A stretch of 64,000 bases of DNA, from the NCBI RefSeq assembly GCF_048593235.1, contig NC_133623.1, positions 1,178,001-1,242,000 of the forward strand, written 5' to 3'. Shown here one piece after another: positions 1 to 11,467 of the stretch. The position numbers and the translations under genes were made by a program. Source of the DNA: Sminthopsis crassicaudata. Taxonomy: Eukaryota. Under the pieces are notes generated by a model. The model was given only the letters and a program-made list of their open reading frames with translations. It had not been told where the DNA came from and did not search any database. Within the stretch, counting starts at the first letter, position 1. Each line of letters begins with the position of its first letter.

Positions 1-439
1 GACTCCTCAGCCGACCCCTATCCCAAAAGACCCCTTACTAGGATTGGGACTTGCCAAGCGGCCAACTCTCCGCCTTTGCTTCAGCACGTTAAGTGAGGCC
101 GACTTAGCCGGCCACTTGGGGACCTCTCCGGTGGTCAGAAGGCCTGCCCACCAGGCCTCCGTCTGTGTCTTGGCGATATGACCCACCGCTCCGGGTTCTG
201 CTCTGCTGAACAGAACTAATAGTTGACTTTGTCTTCTACAGGGTAACCCTTCAGATGTGGAAGCAAGCTTTTCCATCTTCTCCTGGACTCTTCCCCCCCC
301 CCCCCACTCAGTGTTTTCTCTCCTTCAGGCTAAACGTTCTCTGCTTCTTAAATTGATCTCCATATGACATACATTTGAGGCCCTTCCCCATTACACACCC
401 TCCAGTTCACCCAAAGTCCTTCTTAAACTAGACTGCCCC

Positions 440-1161
440 TCCCAAGGAAATACTAAAGAAGGGAAAGGGACCTGTGTGTGCCAAAGTGTTTGTGGCAGCC
501 CTTTTCATAGTGCCTAGAAACTGGAAGATGAATGGATGCCCATCCATTGGAGAATGGTTGGGTAAATTATGGTTTATGAGTGTTATGGAATATTATTGCT
601 CTGTAAGAAATGACCAGCAGGAGGAATACAGAGAGGCTTGGAGAGACTTACATCAACTGATGCTGAGGGAAATGAGCAGAACCAGGGGATCATTATACAC
701 TTCAATGCTGTATGAGGATGTATTCTGATGGAAGTGGATATCTGCACCATAGAGAAGAGCTAATCCAATTCCAATTGATCAATGATGGACAGAATCAGCT
801 ACACCCAGAGAAGGAACACTGGGAAATGAGGGTAAACTGTGAGCATTTTTGTTTTTCTTCCCAGGTTATTTTTACCTTCGGAATCCGATTCTTCCTTTGC
901 AACAACAACCACAAAATTCGGTTCTGCACATATATATTGTACCTAGGATATACTATTAGATATTTAATATGTATGGGAATGCCTGCCATCTAAGGGAGGG
1001 GGTGGAGGGAAGGAGGGGAAAAACTCAGAACAGAAGGGAGTGCAAGGGATAATCCATGTTGTAAAAAATTACCCATGCATATGTACTGTCAAAAAAAATG
1101 TTATAATTATAAAATTAATAAAAAAACAAAAAAATTCAGAAAAAAAAAAAACCACACAAAA
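440..1161 (+). mobile_element. 5'-truncated marsupial L1 (ORF2 C-terminus, 3' UTR, poly(A))
   Basis: ORF 474-728 is L1 ORF2 C-terminal-like (CPSIGEWLGKLW, YYCSVRNDQQ). A-rich tail to about 1161. 15-bp TSD aaacta(g/t)actgcccc at 425-439 and 1162-1176. Confidence 0.92.
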
Positions 1162-1561
1162 AAACTATACTGCCCCAACGTGGAGATGATCCCAAAGATG
1201 TGGCGTGACCAGGACAAAGTAGAGCTGACTGACCGATGGTGGCTGGTTCATAGAGACCCCAAAACTTTATCAGGCCACCCCCGTATCTGGAGCTACCCCC
1301 AGCTGATTATAGGAACCCACACATATGACTTCCCAATCACCCCCAGTCGCATTTTATCCTATGGCTTCAGCTCAGCACTCTAACCTAACTCTGGAGATGC
1401 TAGCCATCCTCTTACGACATGTCTTCTCCAGATCTGCTGAGTATTCCGATGGTTTTGTTCAGTTCACCCGATTGAAAAAAATAAAAAGATGAAGCAGCCC
1501 ATGGTTTGGCACAGAGCTTACAGCATTCCCTGGAAGACCTCCTACAGAGCTGACATTGAGT

Positions 1562-1716
1562 TTTTTTTTTTTTTTTTCTTTTTCCCTGAGGTTGGGGTTA
1601 AGTGACTTGCCCAGGGTCACACAGCTAGGATGTGTTAAGTGTCTGAGACCAGATTTGAACTCCTGTGCTCCTGAATTCAGGGCTGGTGCTCTATCCACTG
1701 CGCCCCCTAGCTGCTC
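1562..1716 (-). mobile_element. WSINE1-type tRNA-derived SINE
   Basis: Reverse complement reads GGAGCAGCTAGGGGGCGCAGTGGATAGAGCACCAGCCCTGAA...GAGTTCAAATCTGGTCTCAGACAC...poly(A). 12-bp TSD ctgacattgagt at 1550-1561 and 1717-1728. Confidence 0.9.
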
Positions 1717-2601
1717 CTGACATTGAGTCTTAAAGGATTACTCTCTGGCCAGCCAGTTAATTCTGAATCCACACCTGAAAATGGGATTATTGTCTAGTCC
1801 TTACCTCCCCATTTTCTCCTTACCAAAAGTAGGAGTTACGCCCCAAACAGGAATCTGGGCAAACTCCTTCTACAGCCTTCCTGCCAATGACCGGGTCAGA
1901 AATCATGTGAAAAAGTGGCATTTCAGTCTTGCTCTCTGAAATTCCCACATCCCTTTTAAAGAAGGATGTTCCTCATTCATGTCCCCCAGCTTGCATGTCC
2001 CAGCAAGCTTGCTGGCCTGTGTCTTGCGGGCCGGTTCTGGAAGGTCAGAATGCTTGCCTTTCCCTTCCAATTGGGAGGTACCTCACCCATTTCCCATTAT
2101 CTTCCAGGTACCAGAACAGTCAGCCTAAATTCACGTGAAAAAGGGGACAAAATCATTCAGAGCAACTCAGTATTTTCCTACTATTTCCTCATCTTAGGGA
2201 TCAGCTCCCCATTAGCCATTTCTGTCTGTGAGGTCGTGTTCTTTGGTAAAGAAAAAAGCAGCTAAATATAAGAGATCCAGCATCTCCCCTCCTCTGCCCC
2301 ATTCTCTCTGCAGCTTCCTAAGATAAATGGCCGCGTCACTCCACTATTTCCCCTAGAATCCCAATCAAACCTTTTGGCTTGGCTTTTCTAGCCTTTCCCA
2401 ACTTGCCCCCAATTACCTTTCCACATCAGGTGGATGGGCGAGTGTCCCCCCACTCCTGGCTTACTTTGGGCCCCCTCTGCAGTCTGAATCCCCATTCTGA
2501 TCAAGGCTTAGCCCAGATGTCATGGCTTTCCTGTAAGAGGAAGGCCTTTCCCGATCTCCCTCAGGGGTCAGTGATTTCTTCCCATTCATCTTTGTCTAGC
2601 C

Positions 2602-2765
2602 CAGAGGTTTGGCCCGCCGAGGACATTTATGCTGCCCGCCGGGTTATGGCAAATGGGCTGAGGGGCGGAGACAGAGTGTGAGTTTTTGTTTTTAGTCTAG
2701 TCCGGCCCTCCCACAGTCTGAGGGACAGGGAACTGGCCCCTATTTCAAAAGTTTGAGGACCACTG
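2602..2765. mobile_element. hAT/Charlie-family MITE (OC1/OposCharlie1-like), left TIR partly deleted
   Basis: Right end ...gtccggccctcccacagtctgagggacagggaactggcccctatttcaaaagtttgaggaccactg matches my recollection of OC1-type termini. 8-bp TSD gtctagcc (2594-2601) / atctagcc (2766-2773) fits the Charlie TCTAG target preference. Confidence 0.75.
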
Positions 2766-3209
2766 ATCTAGCCTAACCCAGTGAACCTTAATCTCTAAGC
2801 CTATCTTATATATCTGTCATCAGACATCTCCCACCAGACCCATTGCCCCATTGGTGAGTTCCTCAAAGATCCCCATTGGGAAAAAGGGCTCAGACCCACC
2901 ATGCTTCATCTTCTAGACTCTGCCAGCATGTGAGGGTACCCTCTCCCCTGCCATTTCACGGTCTCTTTCATCTCATCTTTATTAGCTATTAGACCGAACT
3001 CCTCGAGAGCTGGGATTTTGTTTTGGTTTTTCTTGGTACCTTCAGGATTTAGCACAGAGTGGGCACTTCATATATGCTTGTGGACTTCACTTTTCCGCGT
3101 CTAGTCCAGGAACTTGTACACAGGAATCATGTCATGTCTGCTAGATTAAATTGGGAGACAGTGACTGCAAGATACATTTCAATTCTAGCTAAGGAAGAAC
3201 TTGTTACCC

Positions 3210-3237
3210 GATTATTAGTCTACCTGAAAGTCATGAT

Positions 3238-3290
<53 letters not shown>

Positions 3291-4150
3291 TGGAGGGCAT
3301 CTTTTAAGAAGTTATCAAGGAAAAGTATCCTGACATTCTAGAACCAAAGGGCGAAATAGAAATTGGAAGAATCCACTGATCAGCTCCTGAAAGAGATCCC
3401 CAAATGAAAACTCCCAGGAATGTCATAGCCAGATTCTGGGACTAACAGAGAAGCCAAGGAGATAATATGGCATCCGGAGAAAAACAATTCGAGTGGAGTG
3501 GAGCCACAGTCAGGATGACACAAGATGTAGCAGCTTCTACATTAAAGAACCAGAGGGCTTGGAATATGGTATTCTGGAGAGCAATGGAGCTGTGAGTGCA
3601 ACCAAGAATCAGCTACCCAGAAAAACTGACTAGAATCCTTTGGAGGAAAAGGTGATCATTTACCAAAATAGAGGATTTTCAAGCATTTGTGATGAAAAGA
3701 CCGGAGTTGAAGGGAAAATGTGATTTTCAAGTACAGGACTCTGGAGATGCACAAGGAGGTGATCAGGAAAGTGATGTCATAAGGAAGTTAATCAGCTTTA
3801 TCTTTTTACATTCCTATATGGGAGGATGATACTTGAAACTCATCACAACTTTCTCAATTATGGCAGTTAAGAGTTTATATAGACAGGTGTGAGTTGAATC
3901 CGAAGAGACAACGTGTTTTCTTTTTTTTAAATGATGTGATTGAGGGATGAGAGAGGAATGTACTGGGAGAAAAGGAAAGGGAGACGTGGAATGGTGCGAA
4001 GTACCTGCCACAAAAAAAGAGGCAAGAAAAAGCTTTTACAGTGGAGGGGAAGAGAAGGAGGTGAGGGACAGTGAGTGAACCTCATTCTCATCAGAACTGG
4101 CTCAAAGAGGAAATGACACACATACTGAATAGGGCTACAGAAACTTCTCT
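3210..4150 (+). mobile_element. Decayed L1 fragment (ORF1 C-terminal half and inter-ORF region)
   Basis: ORF1-like sequence (ctacctgaaagtcatgatc, gaaatagaaattggaagaatccac, agaatcagctacccag) with many stops. Internal A47 run at 3239-3285. Confidence 0.75.
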
Positions 4151-4159
4151 TACCCTGCA

Positions 4160-4475
4160 GGAAAAGACCAAAATGACATCGCTATGTCAGGGTCAAAGTT
4201 GACCATATGTCTGACTCGGGCTGAATAGACCAGTGGGAGTTCAGAAGGCTCTCCCACAGGTGGGGCGCATTTAGTCCATAGGAACATTTGAAAAGGAGTT
4301 GTCTCTAAATTGGCAGATGTCACTTTTCTTTCAGTCATAGAGCTGGTAGGCCTTCTTTGGTGCGGCCACATCTTGCTGGCAGGTCCTGTGCCAGTGTCTC
4401 CCACGTTCCAAATCAGTTCCAAAGTTCTTCAGAGAGACCTTGCGGGTGTCCCTGTATGGCTTCTCCCGTCTTCCT
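4160..4475 (-). mobile_element. RTE-clade LINE 3' fragment
   Basis: Reverse complement has aaggtctctctgaagaactttgga...tgggagacactggcacagga, shared with the 3' end of the RTE copy at about 25.9-26.2 kb. Confidence 0.7.
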
Positions 4476-5039
4476 TGTGAGCATCTGTCTTGTGTGAATT
4501 CTCCCTAAAATTGTCTCTTAGCTAAGTGTGTGGCATGGAGACCATGGGGCCCGCTCATACTTTACCCTGTGCAGTAGGTCGCTTCTTTATCTGAAAAGGG
4601 TTCGTATCCTTTGAGAAGAGACCCTGGCATCTGCCCCTTTATTTATTCGGAATCTTCCTAAGACAATTCCAGTCAAAGCGGTTCCTGGGCCTGGTTAGAC
4701 TGGCTGGCTTGCAGAGGCATCAGGCAGGGGAGCCAGCCCCAGAGACCTGAGGCGGGAGCTCCACCCCTCAAAAGCAGCTCTTCCGAACCAGGACCCTTTT
4801 AGTGCTCCCTGCCACACAGTGGGAACTTAAAGGGCAAGTTGCGATTTTGTCTCCCAGCGTCTATTTCTCCAGACTGCACCCATAGGCGCTCAGCAGCCCA
4901 CATGAGACAGAAGTGTTCAATTAAAGTTTACTGATCCTCCTGTCAGGATTTAAAAAAAAAAAGGGGGGGGAGCACTTTGAAGTCTAATCTGCATTAACAC
5001 TCCGTCCAGCCCCGAGTTTTAGTGGTTGGCTTTCCCCGG

Positions 5040-6390
5040 ATGTAAAAGCGAGCAGACTCCCGGTGCCTCACGCGGAGCACGCCCCGGGCTGCAGCCTCCA
5101 CCCTTGCTTGCCTAGTCTTGCCTCCTGAATCTGGACTGAGGAGGTTCAGAAGCGGCCTCCCATACTGATTGTGAGAGTCCCGGGCTGCTGTTGCTAAGCC
5201 TCAGTTTGACTGTTTCCTCAACTGTCAAATGGGGAGCTCCTGGGAGGGCCAGCCGAGACTTAGCACCACCCCCGGCACACAGCGGGCACCTATTTTCTTT
5301 CCCACCCAAGGCAGGGGCTCTGAAGGGGAGAAGCCCTGCGATTTAGCACTGCGGTCTCCAGGACTCAGCCGTCGCCTTAGCAAGGACCCTTGGAAAAGGG
5401 ACGACCCCCAGGTGTTCCCTCCTTCCCCGAAAGCGAGAGCGTAGTAGGAAGGGAGGGAACAAGAGAAGAGAGGGGTAGAAATGGCGTGGCGTGGCGTGAC
5501 GTGACATGACGCGCCGCCTAGCCACAAAGCTTGGACGCGCTTTTTTTTTTTTTTTTTCCAGACTCGCCAGCGTGTAGAGTGGGGCGGCGAGCATGCGCAC
5601 CAAGTAACTGTCCAAATACGCGAACTCGGAGTCCGGGCAGCTCCTTGAGACTAAAGGCTCGAGCGCCCCTGGCCGGCCAGCCCGAGTCCCCACGGCCGCC
5701 GGGTTCGGGCACGAGATGAAAAAAGGGCAGCGTTCGCTTTCCTTCTCGAGCTCCGGCGGCTCCCACGGAACCTCCCCAAGCGGGAGGAGTTGTGCGCATG
5801 TTCAAGGCGGGGGGATGCAGGGGTGGGAAGACGGAGGGAGAATTCCCGCTCCCGGCTGGCCGCGCAGGCGTCGTCCTGCTCGGCACGCTCTATTTGCCCG
5901 GCACGTGCTCGAGAAGACTGACTCGGCGGTTCTCCTCCCGAACGAGCCAGTCCTCTGAGCCTCCGCAGAAGTGCAAGTCAGGTCTCCGGGGCGGCCACAG
6001 TCCGACCGTGAGCGGAGGGACGAACTAACTACAAGACCCAGCAGGCACCGCGTGATGCCAGACCTAAGTTTAAGCGCGATAAGATGGCGGACTGCGCAGC
6101 CGAGCTGCGGTGATTTAGGCGGCCCCCAGACCTCTTTCAGTTCCAGTCGCACGGCCTCCTGGAGGAGACTGGGGGAAGGAGATGACAGGAGGAGAAAGAT
6201 TTTCTAAGGATCCTGGGAAAGGGGGGGGGTGGGCGGGCGCAGGTTGCGCATGCGCCAATTCGAAATAGTCTAAGTGGATTGCCGAGTGAGAGGGAGGCCA
6301 GAGCAGTCGAGTGCGCTATGCATCGGCCTGTGGTCCGCCTCCACCTGTGAGTCTGACCAATGGAGTCTGGGCTCGTCTGTTTCTTCAGTA
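5040..6390. promoter_or_regulatory. CpG island / housekeeping-type promoter of an unidentified gene
   Basis: CpG-dense. ZNF143-type SBS actacaagacccagcaggc at 6028-6046, YY1 aagatggcgg at 6081-6090, NRF1 tgcgcatgcgc at 6245-6255, CCAAT at 6255-6259, CRE half-sites at 5497-5511. Confidence 0.7.
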
Positions 6391-6399
6391 CCGTTTCTT

Positions 6400-6850
6400 G
6401 TTAATTGATTGTATATAAGCTTATTTTTATTTTAAAATATTAATTTGTCAATTCCTTATTAACTCACAGTTATTACTTGTTATTTTTATTTTTAATAAAT
6501 TAATGGTGATTTCTTATTTATATTTGTTATTTTAAATAAATCATTTTACAAACTATTAATTTGTTGACTTATCGTGTATTTTATATATTATGCATATAAT
6601 CTATTAATTGTAAATATGATTACAAATTATATTTACATATTTATAATTATTTTATTATTTCGATAATCTATTCTATATTCTATATTCTCTAATATATTAC
6701 ATTCTATGTTATATTAAAATCAATTATAACATAATTTGCTCATTAATTATAAACTAAATTAATAAATACAAATCTCTTATGGAAAAACAATATAATGGTT
6801 TTAATAAGATTGTGGATTTGTTAATGATGAATTAATTTAATCTTGCAGAT
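6400..6850. repeat. AT-rich low-complexity tract
   Basis: Visibly almost entirely A/T with short tatt/attt/taat motifs, sharply bounded by GC-rich flanks. Confidence 0.85.
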
Positions 6851-7009
6851 TAACTAGCATTTCTTTTCTCTCCCTCCAACTCCCATAAAACAAACAACAG
6901 AAAAAGCCAAGAAGCCTGGCCCAGCCTGCCAGATTCCCACCTGGGTCACGTTTCTCTCCTGCCTGGAATCACCACCATTGGTGCCTTTCCAAGAGCTCTG
7001 TCTTTACAA

Positions 7010-7740
7010 TGTTCTTTTACTGGGTCACATTGGGTGTTTGTATAAATTGTTCCCAGGTTCTGCCCACCTCCACCATTCCTTCAAGCCTCGTCACTTCTCT
7101 TGGAGTCATCCCATCTGTCATTTCTTATGGCACCTATTGGGCAATTACATTCATATACTACTATTTGTTTAACCATTCCCCTCCCTCTCAATTTCCTGTT
7201 CTTTGTTACCAGAGATAGCTGCTATAAATATTTCTGTACATGTAGGTCCTTTTCCTTTCTCTGATCCCTTTGGGACAAAGACCTGGAAATGGGATTCCTG
7301 GGTTTTCTAACTTTTGAAGAATAGTCAACATTGTTTTCCAGAATGGCTGAACCTGTTCCCAGCTCTACTGACAGAGCCACAAGACGTCTGTTTTTCCACA
7401 TCCTCTCCAGCAATTGTCATTTCCTATTTTTTTTTTTTTTTTTTTTTTTGTGATCATTTTAGGCAATCTGATGGTCATGAACTAGAACTCCGTGTTGGGT
7501 CAATTTGCATTTTGCAAGTTAGTGATTTGAAGTTTGGCTTTCTTCCTTTTTTTGAACTGCCTGTGCACATTGACTGCTTATCAATGGACAATGGTTCTTA
7601 TTTATTCTTAGAAATGTGACTCTATTCCTTCGAGACTACTTGCTGAGCATCATTCCCCCCACTTACCAGTTCCCCTTATAATCTGAGCTGCATTGACTTT
7701 GTACAAAAACTTTTCCATTTTATGCCATCGCGGTTGTATT
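7010..7740 (-). mobile_element. Old L1 ORF2 3' fragment
   Basis: Antisense L1 hallmarks (gctataaatatttctgtacatgtaggtccttttcc, ttgttttccagaatggctg, tccacatcctctccagca). Heavily decayed; boundaries approximate. Confidence 0.65.
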
Positions 7741-9386
7741 ATTGTATAGTATGTGTAAGTTTGGTATCCAGAAGTCTACCTTAACACCTTTGAGGAAGGA
7801 CCTGCTGTTTGAGCCCTTTTCTCCATTACTTCCCAAGAGATTGTTCTTTGGGAATGTGATGAGAACTCTATGCCACATTTGGTGAATATGCTTTGTTATA
7901 TATGTGGTAATGTCCCCGACACTTTTAGTTTAGCATAGACTTGCGTGCCATGCTTTTGGTAAATTCATTTTCCCATTCACTACCACTCATTGTTTTGTGG
8001 GATGGTAGCACCCTGGATCTGCCCCAATCCTCCATTCTGTAGTCCAGTCTGAGATTTCAGTGAGGGTATTCCTTCTGCTAGGGGTTCTTCCACATGGTCC
8101 ACTGAGACATGGTACGACTTGTGCAGATCACATAGCTGGGACTTGAACTCGGGTCTTCTTGGCTACATTCACCGAGTCAGGCTGCTTCTCTGTGATCCCA
8201 TAGAGGAGCTTTAAAAAAACAATATTCTATACTCTTGTCGCCTTTTTCCCATCACCCTCTGTGTCAGCACAATTTCATTCGAAAGTTTCTAGGCTCTTGG
8301 CTTTCTGGTCGGGGAAATCCCCGAATGCCAGTTCAGCACCTCGAGAGGAAGTAGAACTCTGCCTTTAGATGCTTGTGCCTTTCTCCATTTCCCCAGTTTT
8401 TGATTCTCCGAGTTAAATGGGAGCTCTTTAAAGGTCAGCCACGTTTTGGCTTTCCCATTCTTGCCCTCTGGTCTAAATACTGATCTTTGTTCTCCTTATT
8501 TAACAGTGGGACTGTCTATAGACAAGTCATTCCGAAATTCAGCTGAGAAGATAAGAAACATGGCTACTACCTGAATTGCCTTTAAGGAAATTTGAGCTTT
8601 CAAAGGGTAAAGGTAAAGAGGGAGGATACTCCAGCCAAGGGGGAACAGTAAACACAAAGAACTAGAGGTAGGTGGTGGAATATTCTATGTTAATAAACCA
8701 GCCAGTTGGACTAGAACCCAAGAATGCATGAATGGGACTAGCAGGAAGGACTCCGCCACTGATCAGTACTTTATAAAATTGTGAAATAGGGGGTAGGCAC
8801 TCCTGGCTCTTTGAGGAGCCACTGGAAACAGGGCGACAGTTACGCTTCAGTTAAACATGGAGGGCACAAAATGCCCAGAAAGGCTGAGACAGACAGAGGC
8901 GGGTGGCACAGGGGATGGCCCAAGGAGGGAGGCCTTGAGAGAGCAAGAGAATCCCGCAGATGTGACGTCAGCTGACTCTTGGAAAAAGTCAAGAAAATGA
9001 AGTGGAGGAGAGAGACAGACCTTTCCAGGAATAGGGACCCTCTGGTGCAAGGGTTAAAGGGGCAGAGATGAGAGACGAAAGAGCTCGTTGCAGGGATCTC
9101 AAGGAGACCGATGTTACTAGATCAGGGAATCTGTGAAGTGGGGGAAGCCATAGGAAGACCGGAAATTGGCAGAGCAGAGCAGTGCAAGCGGCGGACTTCA
9201 TATACCATCTTTAATGAGCCACTAGAACTCATTAGGCAGGAGAGTGACTGCTCTGGGCTTTAGGCAAATTGCTTGATAGCTAAGGGATGGACAGGGGCGG
9301 GGGGGGGGGGAGGCTTAAGGCAGGGAGACTAGCCTTGGGCCAGGGAGACTATTGTGATAGTCTGGAGGGGAGGAAATGGGCAGCAT

Positions 9387-9640
9387 GGCAGGGCAACGGG
9401 ACAGAGTGCTGGACCTGGAGTCAGGAAGATTTCTCTTCCTGAGTTCAGATCCCACCTCAGACATTTACTAGCTGCATGACCCCGGTCAGTCACTTTACCC
9501 TGTTTGCCTCAGTTTCCTCATCTGTGAAATAAGTTGGGAAAAGAAATGGCAGAACACTCTAGTCTCATCACAGGAAACCCCCAAATGGGAGCACCAAGAC
9601 TCAAACCCAGCTGGAAATGGCCAAAAACAACAAAAGTAGC
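9387..9640 (+). mobile_element. MIR/MAR1-type CORE-SINE
   Basis: agagtgctggacctggagtcaggaaga...cctgagttcag...CORE gcctcagtttcctcatctgtgaaat...gaaatggc. Confidence 0.75.
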
Positions 9641-11467
9641 AAACACCAAATGGGGTCCCAGAGAGTTGGAGCCCACTCAGAATAACTGAGCAAGGAAAGA
9701 GGAGAGGGAATAAGTACTCACCAAATGGCTACTGTGCCAGGCACTGTGCGAAGTGCTTTTCCCAGTGTTACCTCAGTTGATTTTCACAGCCACCCGGGGC
9801 GGTGGAGGGCGGGAGGGCCAGAATTAGAGTTGTGGGCAGATGAGTGAAGAACTTGGGACGGGAAGGGTGAGATGGCAAACGCTGGCCCGAGCGAGCGTAA
9901 GGAGTTGCCCGTCTGGGAGGATGGGGGTGCCCTTGGCAAGGTTAACGGGGGAGACAACCCATGATACGGATAGGTTAATGGGAGGTCCTTAACAGAGGGA
10001 AGGCCCTACAATTAAGGAAAATCAGGAAAAGGCCAGATCTGAAGGCAGCCCGGGAAGCCAGGAGGTGGGAGAGGAGGGAGAGCCATCCAAGCATGGGGGG
10101 CTGTTTAGAAAGCTGCCAGCGCTTTGCGCAGGAATAGCCAGGGGGCCAGTGCTACCGGACACACATGGTGCTTGGGAATAAGTTGTTAGCATGGAAAGGC
10201 AGTGGGAAGAAGGGAGGCATGAGGCAATGGCAGAAGGCGGTGCTAGGTCTTGATTTGATCCTGGAGGTGATGGAGTCACTAGGGTTTCCTGAGTAGTGAG
10301 TGAGAGCTGAGTGAGGGGAAGAGCTCAGTTTTTTCAGTGAAATCTGAATGAGGTTCTCAGCTGACAGGGTTGGGGGGGGGGGGCGGCCGATGAAATCCTG
10401 AGCATGAAGGAAAGAGTTGGGAAGGGCCCTGGGTGTGAGCGGGAGAGCAGATGGCCATTGTCCGGGAATTCGTTGTGGGTGGCTGGGACCCCATTTAGGG
10501 TTTTCCTGGCAGAGGTACCTGAAGGGTTGGCCGTTTCCTTCTCCAACTCACCTGACAGATGAGGAAACTGAGGTGAACAGGGTCGAGTGGTCCGGCCAGG
10601 TTCACACAGGGAGGAAATGTCTGAGGCTGACTTTAAACTCGGCTCCCCCTGGCTTCAGGCCTGCCGTTCACTGGGCCACCTGGCTGGCAAGTCGACGTGG
10701 GGACAGAAACGGACCGATCGCCTTGCTCTGGTGAGGGCCCAGTGAAGATTCCAACAAAAGTCTGTGGTGAACCCATTCCACCCCGATCGGTGACTCCTTT
10801 CCAGCCCATATGAGTAGGAGCCAATGTGGAGGAAGGTGGGAGTACTCCAGGTGGGGGGCTTCAGGACACAGCCGCCGACGGAGCAGGGGCACATTTGAAC
10901 ATGGGGTGCGAATCTGAGTTAAACCACGGCACCAAGTGGCAGTGCGGCTGGTGCAGGGTAGCAAGAGGAGGAAGGGTAAAGGTCAGGGAGGCCGAAGCCC
11001 CGGTGGGAGCGGAGCTCTGCAGGGCAACCACGTGGGGGTGGAAGACAAGCGCATGTTTCACTTGGCTTTAAAGTTAAAGAGGAGAGGAGGCTTTGAACTA
11101 GTTTTCATGGACTTTGGGGACCTGTAACTACCATAAGTCCCTCCTACAAGTTTGAGTGCCTCAGTTTCCCCCTGTAGTTCCAAGTCTCTGCCTCCGACGT
11201 GGAATGAGAGAAAGCCTTGAATGAGATCCCCTAGAGTGGATGAGATCAGTTATAATGAATGAGATTCCCTAGAGGGAATGAGATCACTATAAGATCCAGA
11301 GTGAGATCAACATCAGATCCCCTAGAATAAATGAGATCACCTTTTGAGTTCTTAAAAGGTCCAAAGCCTGAGGAACGCCAGGCTTGATCCTGAAAGGGGC
11401 AGGGGAAAGGAGGTTTGGGGGGAGGCTGGAGACAATCAGGGAAGTGGAGGCCAGTACCATTCACCTG

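Noticed and set aside
1-1500. Fleeting resemblance of short peptides (KDPLLG, WSYP, AEYSDGFV, DPKTL) to bornavirus/Mononegavirales L protein motifs
   Set aside because: The matches are short, lie in different frames and map to inconsistent parts of L; not supportable without a profile search. Kept only as the unassigned-ORF finding.
3059-3307. ORF with a poly-Lys tract
   Set aside because: Produced by the A47 run inside a decayed L1 ORF1 fragment.
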